From Polyangiaceae bacterium (GTDB lineage: Bacteria; Myxococcota_A; Polyangia; Polyangiales; Polyangiaceae): a DNA stretch of 64,000 nt. Positions 29,282 to 38,686 of this stretch are shown here, one piece after another; position 1 is the first letter of the stretch, and every line of letters starts with the position of its first letter. The translations under genes were made by a program, and so were the position numbers. The stretch covers positions 96,001 to 160,000 of the forward strand of contig JANRKO010000006.1 in NCBI GenBank assembly GCA_033763455.1, in the 5' to 3' direction. Below the pieces are notes generated by a model. The model made no database searches and was not told the DNA's origin. It worked only from the letters and a program-made list of their open reading frames with translations.

Positions 29282-29969
29282 GCCGAGTTACCAACCAAGC
29301 CTTCTCGTTCAAAGCGTCCAAGCCGCGTTCCTTGAACCTTGGCTCTTTCTCCAGAATGTCCCGATCAGCGAGTTGTTCAAGCGTGCTCGCGTGGCTGTAT
29401 AAAGCCGCAAGCTCTGCATCAGTAACGCTGAAGGGAGGGCCGTTCATTTTCGCCGAGTCGTAGACGAAGGTGATAACCAATAACTTCGCTTTTGCCGTGA
29501 CCCATTTTAGGAGTTGTTCGACATAGCGTTCGCGATCTTCGCGCCGAAGTGCAACGAGTGCCGCGCGATCATACACGGCATCAAAAGAGCCAGCCGGGAT
29601 GGCGCCCAGCTCAAACACGTCTCCTACCACAATCCGGATCCCATCTCCTGCCAAAGATTCGTAGCCGTACCAACCCTCCGAACGACCAACGAGCTCATTT
29701 TCCTCGAAAAACGCCTGAGCTGCACTCCGCACCAACTCGATCCCCACGACCTCAAAGCCTTTCGCATGGAGCCATCTGAGGTCTCTTGACTTCCCACACA
29801 GGGGCACAAGCACGCGGGGCCTTTGGCTAGCAGCCGCGGCTGACGCGTTCGCTGGTAACAGGCGATATCCGAACTCTTCTAACAGCGCGTTCGGACCCCC
29901 TTCATGGAAACCAATCTGCTGCTTCTCCCAACGCTCGCGCCAGAAATCAGGTTCCATGGTCAATGCCAT
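29268..29969 (-). CDS. tpm: Thiopurine S-methyltransferase family protein
   Basis: FWRERW...IGFH, RVLVPLCGKS.DL, YDRAALVAL, GPPFSV. Confidence 0.92.
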   Translation of the reverse strand: MALTMEPDFWRERWEKQQIGFHEGGPNALLEEFGYRLLPANASAAAASQRPRVLVPLCGKSRDLRWLHAKGFEVVGIELVRSAAQAFFEENELVGRSEGWYGYESLAGDGIRIVVGDVFELGAIPAGSFDAVYDRAALVALRREDRERYVEQLLKWVTAKAKLLVITFVYDSAKMNGPPFSVTDAELAALYSHASTLEQLADRDILEKEPRFKERGLDALNEKAWLVTRHVAG

Positions 29970-30001
29970 AGCGCTCGGGGGCGAGGTTGTCGACGGCGAC
30001 G

Positions 30002-31024
30002 CTATTCGAGGAGGTTCTCACGGTACGTGCCAGCAAGGAAGGGGAAAACTGGCAGATCTTTCGCCTTCCGATCGAGCGGAGTCACCAAAGTAACGTCGAG
30101 CCCCAGGTGTTTGCCAGAAAGGCGGACACCGGTGCCAGCGGCGATTCCGTTGTAGATCCCGGCTTCCCGCCCCAGCGGCACTAGGCTATCGACTTCGAAT
30201 AACCAATCGACGGTATCGCTCACTTTTAAAATAGACCCAACGGCGTTGGCGGTGATGAGGCCCGGGCCGATCAAAAGCAGAGTGGAAGCCACGTTCACGC
30301 TCGAAGAGCACGCCTCGTTGAAGCAGCCCTGAAAGGCTCCTCCGACGCGACCTACGAATGCGGCTCCTTCTTTCAGGCCCAAGATGCCGCTGGCTGAACC
30401 AAAGGCGGCTAGCCGCACCTTAGGCTCTCGAAGCACCACACTCTTAAGTGAGATATCAAGTGGGAGTACGTCGTCTTTTCCAACCGGAGGCGTTAATGTA
30501 AAGCTAATCTGCGTGTCGTTGCCCACCGCATAGCCCGCTTGCAAAAGCACGATCTCGTAGCTTGAAAAGTAGAGGGTGCCCTTTGGTTGTGTTTCTGCCG
30601 TGGGCATGAGGATTACCCGATCCACGTGGGTGTTGGTTGCACGCTCACGCTCGGCGGGTGATTGAGGGGGTGCGAGCGGCACGGGGGAGGCTGAGCCTGC
30701 AGCGTTGGGCGCGCTCAAACCCTGAACGGGAGGAACATACGTGTAACCAGCCGTTGACGGTGGTGTGTAACCGTACGGCGCCTGAGGTGGAGGAGCCGAT
30801 GGGGTCGCGGGAGGTGGAGTTAGGGCCGCCGCACTTGCGGGCGCTGGCGTAGGGGGTGATATGGCCGGAGCCACGGTAGCCGGGGCGGTTGGCGTCGCGG
30901 CTGGTGGCTCCGATGACTGCGGCGTGGAGAGCGCCTCGGTTGTTGAGCCCTGTGCGTGCGCGGGCTGCTCCAGGCACACAAGGAAAATGACTAGAAGGGG
31001 CGCGAGGGCGCGGAGCGAAGGCAT
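30002..31024 (-). CDS. Secreted Pro-rich hypothetical protein with beta-rich C-terminal domain
   Basis: Signal peptide ending AHA, Pro/Ala/Thr linker, MPTAETQPKG..YFSSYE, alternating beta-strand pattern suggesting an outer-membrane protein. Confidence 0.65.
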   Translation of the reverse strand: MPSLRALAPLLVIFLVCLEQPAHAQGSTTEALSTPQSSEPPAATPTAPATVAPAISPPTPAPASAAALTPPPATPSAPPPQAPYGYTPPSTAGYTYVPPVQGLSAPNAAGSASPVPLAPPQSPAERERATNTHVDRVILMPTAETQPKGTLYFSSYEIVLLQAGYAVGNDTQISFTLTPPVGKDDVLPLDISLKSVVLREPKVRLAAFGSASGILGLKEGAAFVGRVGGAFQGCFNEACSSSVNVASTLLLIGPGLITANAVGSILKVSDTVDWLFEVDSLVPLGREAGIYNGIAAGTGVRLSGKHLGLDVTLVTPLDRKAKDLPVFPFLAGTYRENLLE

Positions 31025-31040
31025 AGTCAGCGGTAAAGAC

Positions 31041-31056
31041 TGCGGCTTTCGTGCCA
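31041..31056 (-). promoter_or_regulatory. Putative sigma-54 (-24/-12) promoter
   Basis: Minus strand TGGCACGAAAGCCGCA (GG-N10-GC), 17 nt upstream of ATG 31024. Confidence 0.5.
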
Positions 31057-31057
31057 G

Positions 31058-33397
31058 TTACTCAGCCGGGCCGCCCGGGGGAGCTCCCGCGCCGGGCTGC
31101 GGGAGCACATTTTTCCCGAGCAGGTATTGAAGTAGCGCGAGTGACATCAGTCCACTTTGCTCGCCGGCTCCGCCACCACCCTGGCCACCACCCACGTACA
31201 CATCCGGAATGAGCTTAAGCTTGTTGGAGGCAATCTTTTCAACGACCTGGATTTGGCCGAAGACATCGTTGCCCATGGCGTTAACCTGCAATTTGTAAGA
31301 TTCGGCTGTCGATTTTCCTTGCTCCAGGATGACAAGCGCGCTTGCTAAGCCCTTCTTTTCGATGGCTTCTGCATCGGCTGTGGCCGTAACGGTGGTCGCC
31401 TCGGCATCGGCGCCCGCCTGCAGGCGCGTGGCCTTGGCTTTGCCTTCGGCGCGAATTTCAATGGCTCGAGCTTCGCCCGTGGACTTTTCAATCTCGCCGT
31501 TGGCAAGGTTCTTAGAGATTTCAACGCCTCGTTCTGACTCCACGACTTGGGGCTGCATGTTGGCTTGTGCCTTGGCATTTTCGAGCAATTTGCGCTCCTC
31601 TTGGGCCTGGCGCTGGGTGCTGAAGGTGATCCTCTCCTGCTCGGCTATTTGCCGGTCCGTTACGGTGCGCGTGAGCTCACCGGGCAACACCACGTCTGCT
31701 ATCATGGTGTCTTTGGATTCGATGTGGTGAATGCGGAGCACGCTTTGCAGGTGTTCCTTGGCTCGGCTTTGGAGCTCGGCGCGCTTGGTATAGAGATCGA
31801 GCGCCTTTACCGCCTGTGCTGAGTTGCGAAAGTGCGAGGAAATTGCCGGCTCAAGCACCTGAGAAATCATGTTGTCGACCGAACCCAAGTTGGCCACCAC
31901 TTTGGGTGCATCTAACATCGCAATGTGAATGATAACGCTCACATCCATGCTCACGTTGAAGGCATCTGCGGTGCGCAGCGTGATCGTTTTCAGGTTGGAA
32001 TCGAGGGCGTGCGCGCTCGATTCGTTGTCAGCCCAGTTCAAAAGGATTTGGGTGGTTGGAACCTTATCTACCTTGCATACACGGGTGTTGATGGGGTGCT
32101 TTCCGGGGCCTAGTGGTTCGGCCCAGATGCCCTTCTTTCCGTTCTTCACGATCTTGGCGTTGACGTCAGCGCTGGTGGTATCTTCGCCTTCTTCGCCGAC
32201 GAAGCTTGTAACCACGGCGCATTCGCCGATTTTCACGTCCACCATCGGCACTTGCTCAATCGATGCGAACCACGGATTGATGGCGTAATTGCCCGAGCGC
32301 AGCACGGATATCTGCAGGCCTTTTTGCCCGCCCGCCTGCAAGAAAGAAGCAGCATCCTGGAAGTTATTGTGCAAATCGAGGGGTAGCTCGTCCGCCGCGA
32401 TCTTACCGGCGTCGATGATGGGGCGGCCTTCCAATACTGTAACAATACCTACGGAATCCGATTCGATGTGCACCCAGGGCACCACGGCGTGGATCTGAAA
32501 AAATTGGGTATTGATGCGGTAAGTACCGGGCATCAGCACGTCAAGCTGGTGGCCCTTTTGGCCGCCATTTCTGATGAAGGCGTCACCGTTTTCGAAGTTC
32601 GAGTGGCCGTCAAATTTGCGCCCCAGCAGGCTTCCTTCAGGAATGCGCGCCCCATCCATGGCAGTAACGAGCCCGATATGCCCGTTGGGAATAACGGTAG
32701 CTGGGTAGCTCGTCACGCTAAAGAGCGCGGTGTTGATACGGTAGCTGCCGGGCGGAAGAACGGCCACTTGGGGTCCTTTTTGACCACCCCGCTTCAAGAA
32801 CGCGTCGGCATCTTGAAACGAATCGCACTCCACTGGGTCTGCAAAAATTCGGCCCACCGCGCAAGGCATGCCTGCGACCGATTCAACAATACCCACTTCT
32901 GCTTCGGTGATGATCACCGCGTCACGAATATCGACCAAGAACAGGTGCGGATTGATTTGGTATTGCCCGGGGGGCAGGATTGCGAGCTGCGGGCCCTTTT
33001 CGCCGCCGTTGCGCAAGAACGCTTCGCCATCTTGGAAGAGTTGGCATTCGACGGTTTTGGCGAAGAATTGCCCGGCAGGCATGGCGATACCTGTGATGGC
33101 TCGAACTATGCCGACCTGATTGGTGCCGAGCGAGATGAAGTTATGCTTGGTGACCTTGTAGATGAAGGGAATGAGCACGTGTACACCTGGCCCCAGCGTG
33201 CGAGCCTGCACACCCACCTCATGCTTCAGGGCGACCGTGCGCCCGTCCGTCATCGTGTTCCCGAACCACCGCCGCTCTAAGGTAATGAACTGATCTCCAC
33301 CTGCGATTGCTAGGCTCTGGTAGAGGACAATGAGCCCCAAGAGCACAGCCAGAGCTGTGTACCAATACGTGACCAACAACGTGAAAACCGTCTCCAT
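31058..33397 (-). CDS. SPFH/Band 7 (flotillin-like) membrane protein with four internal repeats
   Basis: N-terminal TM; four FQD.xAF...GGQKG.Q...L.PG.Y.IN repeats; band-7 core LEPAISSHFRNSAQ; Ala/Glu-rich coiled tail. Confidence 0.88.
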   Translation of the reverse strand: METVFTLLVTYWYTALAVLLGLIVLYQSLAIAGGDQFITLERRWFGNTMTDGRTVALKHEVGVQARTLGPGVHVLIPFIYKVTKHNFISLGTNQVGIVRAITGIAMPAGQFFAKTVECQLFQDGEAFLRNGGEKGPQLAILPPGQYQINPHLFLVDIRDAVIITEAEVGIVESVAGMPCAVGRIFADPVECDSFQDADAFLKRGGQKGPQVAVLPPGSYRINTALFSVTSYPATVIPNGHIGLVTAMDGARIPEGSLLGRKFDGHSNFENGDAFIRNGGQKGHQLDVLMPGTYRINTQFFQIHAVVPWVHIESDSVGIVTVLEGRPIIDAGKIAADELPLDLHNNFQDAASFLQAGGQKGLQISVLRSGNYAINPWFASIEQVPMVDVKIGECAVVTSFVGEEGEDTTSADVNAKIVKNGKKGIWAEPLGPGKHPINTRVCKVDKVPTTQILLNWADNESSAHALDSNLKTITLRTADAFNVSMDVSVIIHIAMLDAPKVVANLGSVDNMISQVLEPAISSHFRNSAQAVKALDLYTKRAELQSRAKEHLQSVLRIHHIESKDTMIADVVLPGELTRTVTDRQIAEQERITFSTQRQAQEERKLLENAKAQANMQPQVVESERGVEISKNLANGEIEKSTGEARAIEIRAEGKAKATRLQAGADAEATTVTATADAEAIEKKGLASALVILEQGKSTAESYKLQVNAMGNDVFGQIQVVEKIASNKLKLIPDVYVGGGQGGGGAGEQSGLMSLALLQYLLGKNVLPQPGAGAPPGGPAE

Positions 33398-33562
33398 GAC
33401 TTATGTCCTTTTCCCTAAGAGCGAGGCGCCCCCTCGCGGCGCCGCGGAACGTAGCTTTCCTTGCGCAGATGCGCCATTTGGAAAGGGTGGGGTCCCAATA
33501 AAGTCCCCAAATTTGTGACCTTATTGCCTGCGGGCGCCCGCTGCACCTAGGATCCGGTCACA

Positions 33563-34171
33563 GTGCCAGCCTTCACACCCTACCTTGTTGTGAGTTTGTT
33601 GTTGAGCAGCGGCCTTTTGCTCTTTTCCGTCTCGGCGGCCGCAACCGAGCCCAAGGATAGTGGTCACGATGCACACAAGGAGAAGGTTGAGACTCGACAA
33701 TATATTAACCTCCGCGGCGGCGCTTCTTCGGCCAATCTGAATCAGCGTCCGGAAGTGTGTATGGAGGGCTCGCCGTTTGCCATGTTATCGGTTGAGAGTT
33801 GCGGTACAGGTAACGGGATCTGGCATCATGATTCTGGTACTGAGATGATGCACGTGCGCTTGAAGCTGAAAGTGTTTTCGCTCAGCTCAGGCCCAATGCT
33901 TTTTCAATATGGCGTGGGTGCCGGAATGGCGGAGCTTCAGGTGGCGGCCGATGATCCGGGGATTCAGTTTGGCACGGGGCCGCGCGGAGTAGAAACGGCG
34001 GGGGCTGAAGGGTCAATGTTTTTGCGAGGCCTCTTGCCTTTGACCAAGGCTTTCGAGCTCGTGGGGGATTTGCAGACAGGCACAGCTTACCTTCCAAGTG
34101 CTCCGGAGCTCATCGTACCGAAGTCGGCTTGGCAGCCTTTTGTTACGCTTTCCGTGGGTGTGGGGTATTGA
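33563..34171 (+). CDS. Hypothetical secreted protein, probable small outer-membrane beta-barrel
   Basis: Signal peptide, amphipathic strands, C-terminal FVTLSVGVGY ending in an aromatic residue. Confidence 0.6.
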   Translation: MPAFTPYLVVSLLLSSGLLLFSVSAAATEPKDSGHDAHKEKVETRQYINLRGGASSANLNQRPEVCMEGSPFAMLSVESCGTGNGIWHHDSGTEMMHVRLKLKVFSLSSGPMLFQYGVGAGMAELQVAADDPGIQFGTGPRGVETAGAEGSMFLRGLLPLTKAFELVGDLQTGTAYLPSAPELIVPKSAWQPFVTLSVGVGY

Positions 34172-34285
34172 GCGAACACGCTTGGGCTAAAGTCGGGCGC
34201 TTCGCGGCGGTACGGAAAGTGTGTCCTTTAGTTCACGGTCGGGGCGACCTCAGGTTCACACGCGCGTGGAGGTGGGGGTACCAAT

Positions 34286-34301
34286 TGGCCATTTTAATGC
34301 A
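34286..34301 (+). promoter_or_regulatory. Candidate sigma-54 promoter of the multiheme operon
   Basis: TGGCCATTTTAATGCA (GG-N10-GC) about 80 nt upstream of ATG 34381. Confidence 0.4.
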
Positions 34302-34380
34302 CTTTTGGGGCCAGCACGAAATCTGCACTGGAGGCTGCTAGGCTAGCGCGTCCTTGGGATGCCCCACCTGAGACCCCATC

Positions 34381-35043
34381 ATGCACCTTCCGAGAACTCA
34401 TCGTTCGCTCCTTTGGGGGTTTGGCGTTTGTTTCATGTTCGGCTGCGGCCGCACCCCGTTGGATCCGTTTGCCGCAGCTGACGAAGGAGTGGAAAGTGCC
34501 GTGCCGGATCAGAGCACTTCCGCAGCTTCTTCGCCCACACCCACACTTCCCCCCGCTCCGGTTCCCACCCCTTCGGCGAGTGCGCCGAGCCCCATACCGT
34601 GTGTGCCCGAAGCTGAAAGCTGCAATGGCCTCGACGATGACTGCAACGGCCGCGTGGATGACGTGCCGCCCTTAGCGTGTTCAGAGGGTGGTTTTCAGTA
34701 TTGTGTGAATGGCCAAATGAGTGATTGCCCCAGGCGCTGTGAACAGTGCCTGCCGGGGAGCGAACGCGTTTGCCAGATCTCTTATTGTACGTATTGGGGC
34801 GTTGAGAGTTGTGCCGCGGATGGCAAGGCCTTCAGCTTCTGCAAAGAACAGCGAGTGCCGCGCGAATGCCGTGAGGTGGCGGAGCGCTTTCATGACTCTC
34901 CCGAGCTTGAGCAATGTTGCATTGACAATGGCTATTGTTGTTTAGATTCACACGACCTGGATAAAGACGGCGATACCGGAGAGATGATGGGGCGCTGCGA
35001 AGATGTGATGTGTAGCGCTTCACCGGCCAAGAGCAGCCTATGA
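34381..35043 (+). CDS. Cys-rich lipoprotein with ExCNGxDDDCxG metal-binding-type repeat
   Basis: Lipobox MFGC, Pro linker, ESCNGLDDDCNGRVDD, about 19 Cys, DLDKDGD Ca-loop-like motif. Confidence 0.75.
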   Translation: MHLPRTHRSLLWGFGVCFMFGCGRTPLDPFAAADEGVESAVPDQSTSAASSPTPTLPPAPVPTPSASAPSPIPCVPEAESCNGLDDDCNGRVDDVPPLACSEGGFQYCVNGQMSDCPRRCEQCLPGSERVCQISYCTYWGVESCAADGKAFSFCKEQRVPRECREVAERFHDSPELEQCCIDNGYCCLDSHDLDKDGDTGEMMGRCEDVMCSASPAKSSL

Positions 35044-35924
35044 GCCCGAGTAGGAACTTCTTGGGGGGTTTGGTGTTGGGTGCGGTTGGGCTTTTGCCCA
35101 ACTTAGCCCAAGCCCAGAGCTGCGCACGCCCGGATGTGCTGGAGACATTTCCGGCAAATGGGTCGAGCGAGGTGCCTGTGAATGCGACCTTGAGCGCTCA
35201 CTATTTCGCCTCAGCTGAGTACGATGGCGAGCCGATTGTTTTGGTGGAGTTAGGGGGCGAACGCCGGGAGCTGTTGGGCAATTTCAGTCCTAATGAGGGC
35301 TCATTGTCGCTCGATCCGATGGGCTTCCTGAAGCCGAATACGAGCTACATGCTGGAGTGGCCCGCGCTCAGAGGAATTGGAAGTGCTAGCCGTGGCAAAG
35401 GGGCTAAGCTGAATTTCACCGTGGGCTCCGGGGCAGACACGGCGCCGCCAGAATTCGGTGGTGTTCGGAAAGTGAAGTACCACCTGGATCGCGATCAGGA
35501 TGGTTGCGCTGAAACGGTGCAAGATAGGTTCGTATTTGAATTGAGCTTGGAGCCCGTGAGCGATGAGTCGGCCAGTAAAGATTTGACGCTCGTGGTTTTC
35601 CAAACCCAAAAAGGCGCGACAACGCCTCCGCAGCCAGTGCTTACCGCGAGCTTCCCGGAAGACGGTCGCGTGAGCGTGGCCCGGCGAATTGAAGATTCTT
35701 TGGGTGAGGTGTGCTTTGCGGCGTTGGTGCGAGATCTTTCAGGCAAGGTTTCGGCGAGTGCAGATCGCTTGGCCTGCACCAAAACGGTTGAGCCTCCCTT
35801 CTTTCATGGCTGTGCCGTCGCCTCTTTGCGGCGTTCGCCAAGCAGAGGTGTGGGGTTCTTTGGTGTGGGGTTCGCGTTCATTTTGGGTGGCATGTGGGCA
35901 CGACGTCGAACTCGCGGTGCCTGA
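35040..35924 (+). CDS. Ig-like secreted protein with MYXO-CTERM-like C-terminus
   Basis: Signal AQA; TFPANGSSEVPVN...LKPNTSY (SbsA/Big_5-like); DTAPPEF; tail GCAVA...hydrophobic...RRRTR. Confidence 0.7.
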   Translation: MSPSRNFLGGLVLGAVGLLPNLAQAQSCARPDVLETFPANGSSEVPVNATLSAHYFASAEYDGEPIVLVELGGERRELLGNFSPNEGSLSLDPMGFLKPNTSYMLEWPALRGIGSASRGKGAKLNFTVGSGADTAPPEFGGVRKVKYHLDRDQDGCAETVQDRFVFELSLEPVSDESASKDLTLVVFQTQKGATTPPQPVLTASFPEDGRVSVARRIEDSLGEVCFAALVRDLSGKVSASADRLACTKTVEPPFFHGCAVASLRRSPSRGVGFFGVGFAFILGGMWARRRTRGA

Positions 35925-38686
35925 GCTGGCCGAGCCTCGTTCGGGCGGTGCATGTGGGGTCGCTTCTAGCGGTCAGTGCGTGTGGGAACGCGCCTAAAGC
36001 TAGCTATGGGCCCGGCGACGCAAGCACGTTGCTCAGTGTCGACCTCAAGGAAGCCGGTCGGGGGCTTCGTGCGCCTTTATCGGAGCCCAGCGGCGATTGC
36101 AGAGATGTAGGCCTGGTTCGTGTGTGTTGGGGCGGTGCCTGCAAAGATGCCACGTGTGTGGGGGCTCGGCGAGTGCCTGAGGTGGCCGGCGCTCCGGCCA
36201 TGCGCTGCTTGGGGAGCGGCGAGAATCGTCGGTGTTTTCCGCGGTTTGAAGGGGTTGGGCGTTTCGTGTGTAGCGGCAGCGAATGCGTGCAAGCTCATCC
36301 GCGGTACCCAGATGTGAACGAGTGGTCGTGTGCGGATCGCGGCGGGGCTGTGGTGTGTCGTAAGGAAGGGGAAGCGGCCGTGAGCTCCGGCAGCGCGCCG
36401 GATGCAGGCTGGGTGTGTGGCGCGCGAGCAAGAAGCGGCGAGCGCCTGTGCGTGAACTTCGATCCCGATTATCCGGATGCCTCCGGGGCGCTCGCGTGGA
36501 GTTGCCGGTATGAGGCTCAACCCCAGGCTCGTCGCGTGTGTCAACGCGCGCATTTCGGAACGGCTTTGGGCGCACAGTGTGGCGCGAATCTGGCGCCGTG
36601 TGACCCGGGTGCCGCGTGTGAAGCAGGGGTGTGTGTGCCGAGGCCGCCTGCGGTTGGATGTTGGTTGGATGCAGATTGCGACGCCGGGCAAACGTGCGGA
36701 TTGGGGACCTGCATGGATCGAAATGCTGCGCAATTAAAGCCAAAATCGGCGTCTTTTGGCCTACCTAAGGTTGACTCCGCGGCACCCGGTGCATGGGGGG
36801 TGGTGTCAGTGAAAGACATGCCCTTGCCCGAGCAACTCGAAGTGCGCCCCGCTGGGAGCGTCACAGGTTATCAGGTTTTCGGCGGAGCATGGCGCTTACG
36901 ACTTCTGCCGGGGGTTGCGAAGATCAAGGTGCGCGCAGCAGGTGCTTGCGAGCTTGAACTTAATACCTCCGAACAGAAAGGCGCCCACGTTGTTGCCTTT
37001 GCTGAGCTGAGACCGCTCTTTCGCTTGACCACGCCGCGCACGGAGGTGGGGTTCGGGCAGTCCTTTCACGTGCAAGCGCAAGCAAACTGCCGCCTGCCAG
37101 CAGGGGCTCGTTTTCGCTTCACCGAAACCACGCCATTGCAGCCGGGGGCACCTGTGCGTGAGGCCTGGGGAGCGGAATACAGCGGTCGGATGCCGAGTGT
37201 GAGTGAGGCACTGGGGAATTCCATTCCCTGGGGAATTGTCCCGGTGAGCGCTCGGGCGGCCTCCAAGACCGAGCTTGTGGCCCAAGTATTGGATGCCACG
37301 GGCAAGGTGCTTGCAACCCAAACACAGACCCTTTTCGCTGCTGCTCGAGCCTCGGGGTTACCGAACGTAGCGGTCGACCACTCGCTCTATTTGGGGGGCA
37401 AAGGTTGGCGCGCTACGCTACGCCCGCCCCAGAGCCGAGCGACGTTGAACCAGGAGGCAAGCCTCGCGAGTTTCTTGCTCGATGTACCCGGCACCTTCGA
37501 GTTCACCGACAACGAACAAAGAAGCGTTCGGGTGCACGCGGGCCGGCTCGACGCGATGCCGCTCGATTGCGGCCGCTCTGGATGCCACACAGAAACCGTG
37601 CGGTTGGGCGTCGGCACGCCGATGGCACGAGCACTCCAAGCTGTGTCGGAGGGCCAACACGCCTGCGCCCTGGGTTGCCACACATTGGGCGAGCCGGGGT
37701 TGGAAGATGGCGGTTACGTCCACATCTCTCGTGAAATAGGCCCAAATTTCAACAGCGCGACACCAAGAGAACTCGAACGGCTAGCGCACGTTGGGTGCCT
37801 CGGCTGTCACGGGCCGGGGGCAATTCCTGAGCCCGAGGGACGCTGGGCAATCCTGCGGAGTGACGTGTGTGCGGTGTGTCATGACGCCCCGCCAGCTTAC
37901 GGACACCACCAAGCCTTTCTGCAATCCAGGATGGCAAGAGCCCCATCAACACCCAAGATGTCGCAAGCCGCTTGCGCGCGTTGCCACACAACTTCAGGCT
38001 TCTTACAAGAGCTCTTGCCTGGGGCACCGAACCGCACGCAACCGGCGCATGTTAACCAGGGCGGCCTCACCTGCGTGACCTGTCATGCAGTTCATGGGGA
38101 AGGCAGTTTGCCGCACCTGGTGAGGGATATCGGCGTCCAGGCACGGGGATTTAACCCGACTCAGCTGGGCACGAGTGCCGTGTGTGTGGGCTGCCACAGT
38201 GCGGGCCAAGGAACGGCCCTCCCATTCGCCAGTTCGGCTTCGATTTGGGCTGGAAAAGGTGGAATGGAGCCCCTCACCGGCGAACCCTTAGTTGGCGCCG
38301 CACCTCACGCAAATCTTGGGCAGGGGTGCCTTGCGTGTCACCGCGGTGCGGGTGGTGATCTTCATACTGGGTATGGACACAGCTTCTCAGCTTCACGCAG
38401 CCAATGCACTCTCTGCCACGGGGACGTTCCCGATAGCAGCGGCCTTCGAAAGCGCGCTGAGGCGGCGTGGGCGGCACTCGGTTTTCCAGCCTGGGCGGGC
38501 CACTCCGAGGCGCCGGCGCGCTTTTCGCCCACCTCAGCCCGAGACCGCGCTCGCTACAACTTGACCCTCCTGTTTGAAGATCCGGCTTTTGACGCCCACA
38601 ATCCCAGCTACGCGGAACAATTGTTAAGTTCGGTGGAGCGCTTCATAACCCATACCCCCACTCCCATCGAGAGCCCAAAAAGATGA
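35894..38686 (+). CDS. Multiheme c-type cytochrome lipoprotein with N-terminal Cys-rich domain
   Basis: Lipobox VSAC; 7 CxxCH (CLGCH, CAVCH, CARCH, CVTCH, CVGCH, CLACH, CTLCH) plus CGRSGCH and CALGCH; C-terminal YNL...DP..DAHNPSYA..LL. Confidence 0.85.
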   Translation: MGTTSNSRCLSWPSLVRAVHVGSLLAVSACGNAPKASYGPGDASTLLSVDLKEAGRGLRAPLSEPSGDCRDVGLVRVCWGGACKDATCVGARRVPEVAGAPAMRCLGSGENRRCFPRFEGVGRFVCSGSECVQAHPRYPDVNEWSCADRGGAVVCRKEGEAAVSSGSAPDAGWVCGARARSGERLCVNFDPDYPDASGALAWSCRYEAQPQARRVCQRAHFGTALGAQCGANLAPCDPGAACEAGVCVPRPPAVGCWLDADCDAGQTCGLGTCMDRNAAQLKPKSASFGLPKVDSAAPGAWGVVSVKDMPLPEQLEVRPAGSVTGYQVFGGAWRLRLLPGVAKIKVRAAGACELELNTSEQKGAHVVAFAELRPLFRLTTPRTEVGFGQSFHVQAQANCRLPAGARFRFTETTPLQPGAPVREAWGAEYSGRMPSVSEALGNSIPWGIVPVSARAASKTELVAQVLDATGKVLATQTQTLFAAARASGLPNVAVDHSLYLGGKGWRATLRPPQSRATLNQEASLASFLLDVPGTFEFTDNEQRSVRVHAGRLDAMPLDCGRSGCHTETVRLGVGTPMARALQAVSEGQHACALGCHTLGEPGLEDGGYVHISREIGPNFNSATPRELERLAHVGCLGCHGPGAIPEPEGRWAILRSDVCAVCHDAPPAYGHHQAFLQSRMARAPSTPKMSQAACARCHTTSGFLQELLPGAPNRTQPAHVNQGGLTCVTCHAVHGEGSLPHLVRDIGVQARGFNPTQLGTSAVCVGCHSAGQGTALPFASSASIWAGKGGMEPLTGEPLVGAAPHANLGQGCLACHRGAGGDLHTGYGHSFSASRSQCTLCHGDVPDSSGLRKRAEAAWAALGFPAWAGHSEAPARFSPTSARDRARYNLTLLFEDPAFDAHNPSYAEQLLSSVERFITHTPTPIESPKR

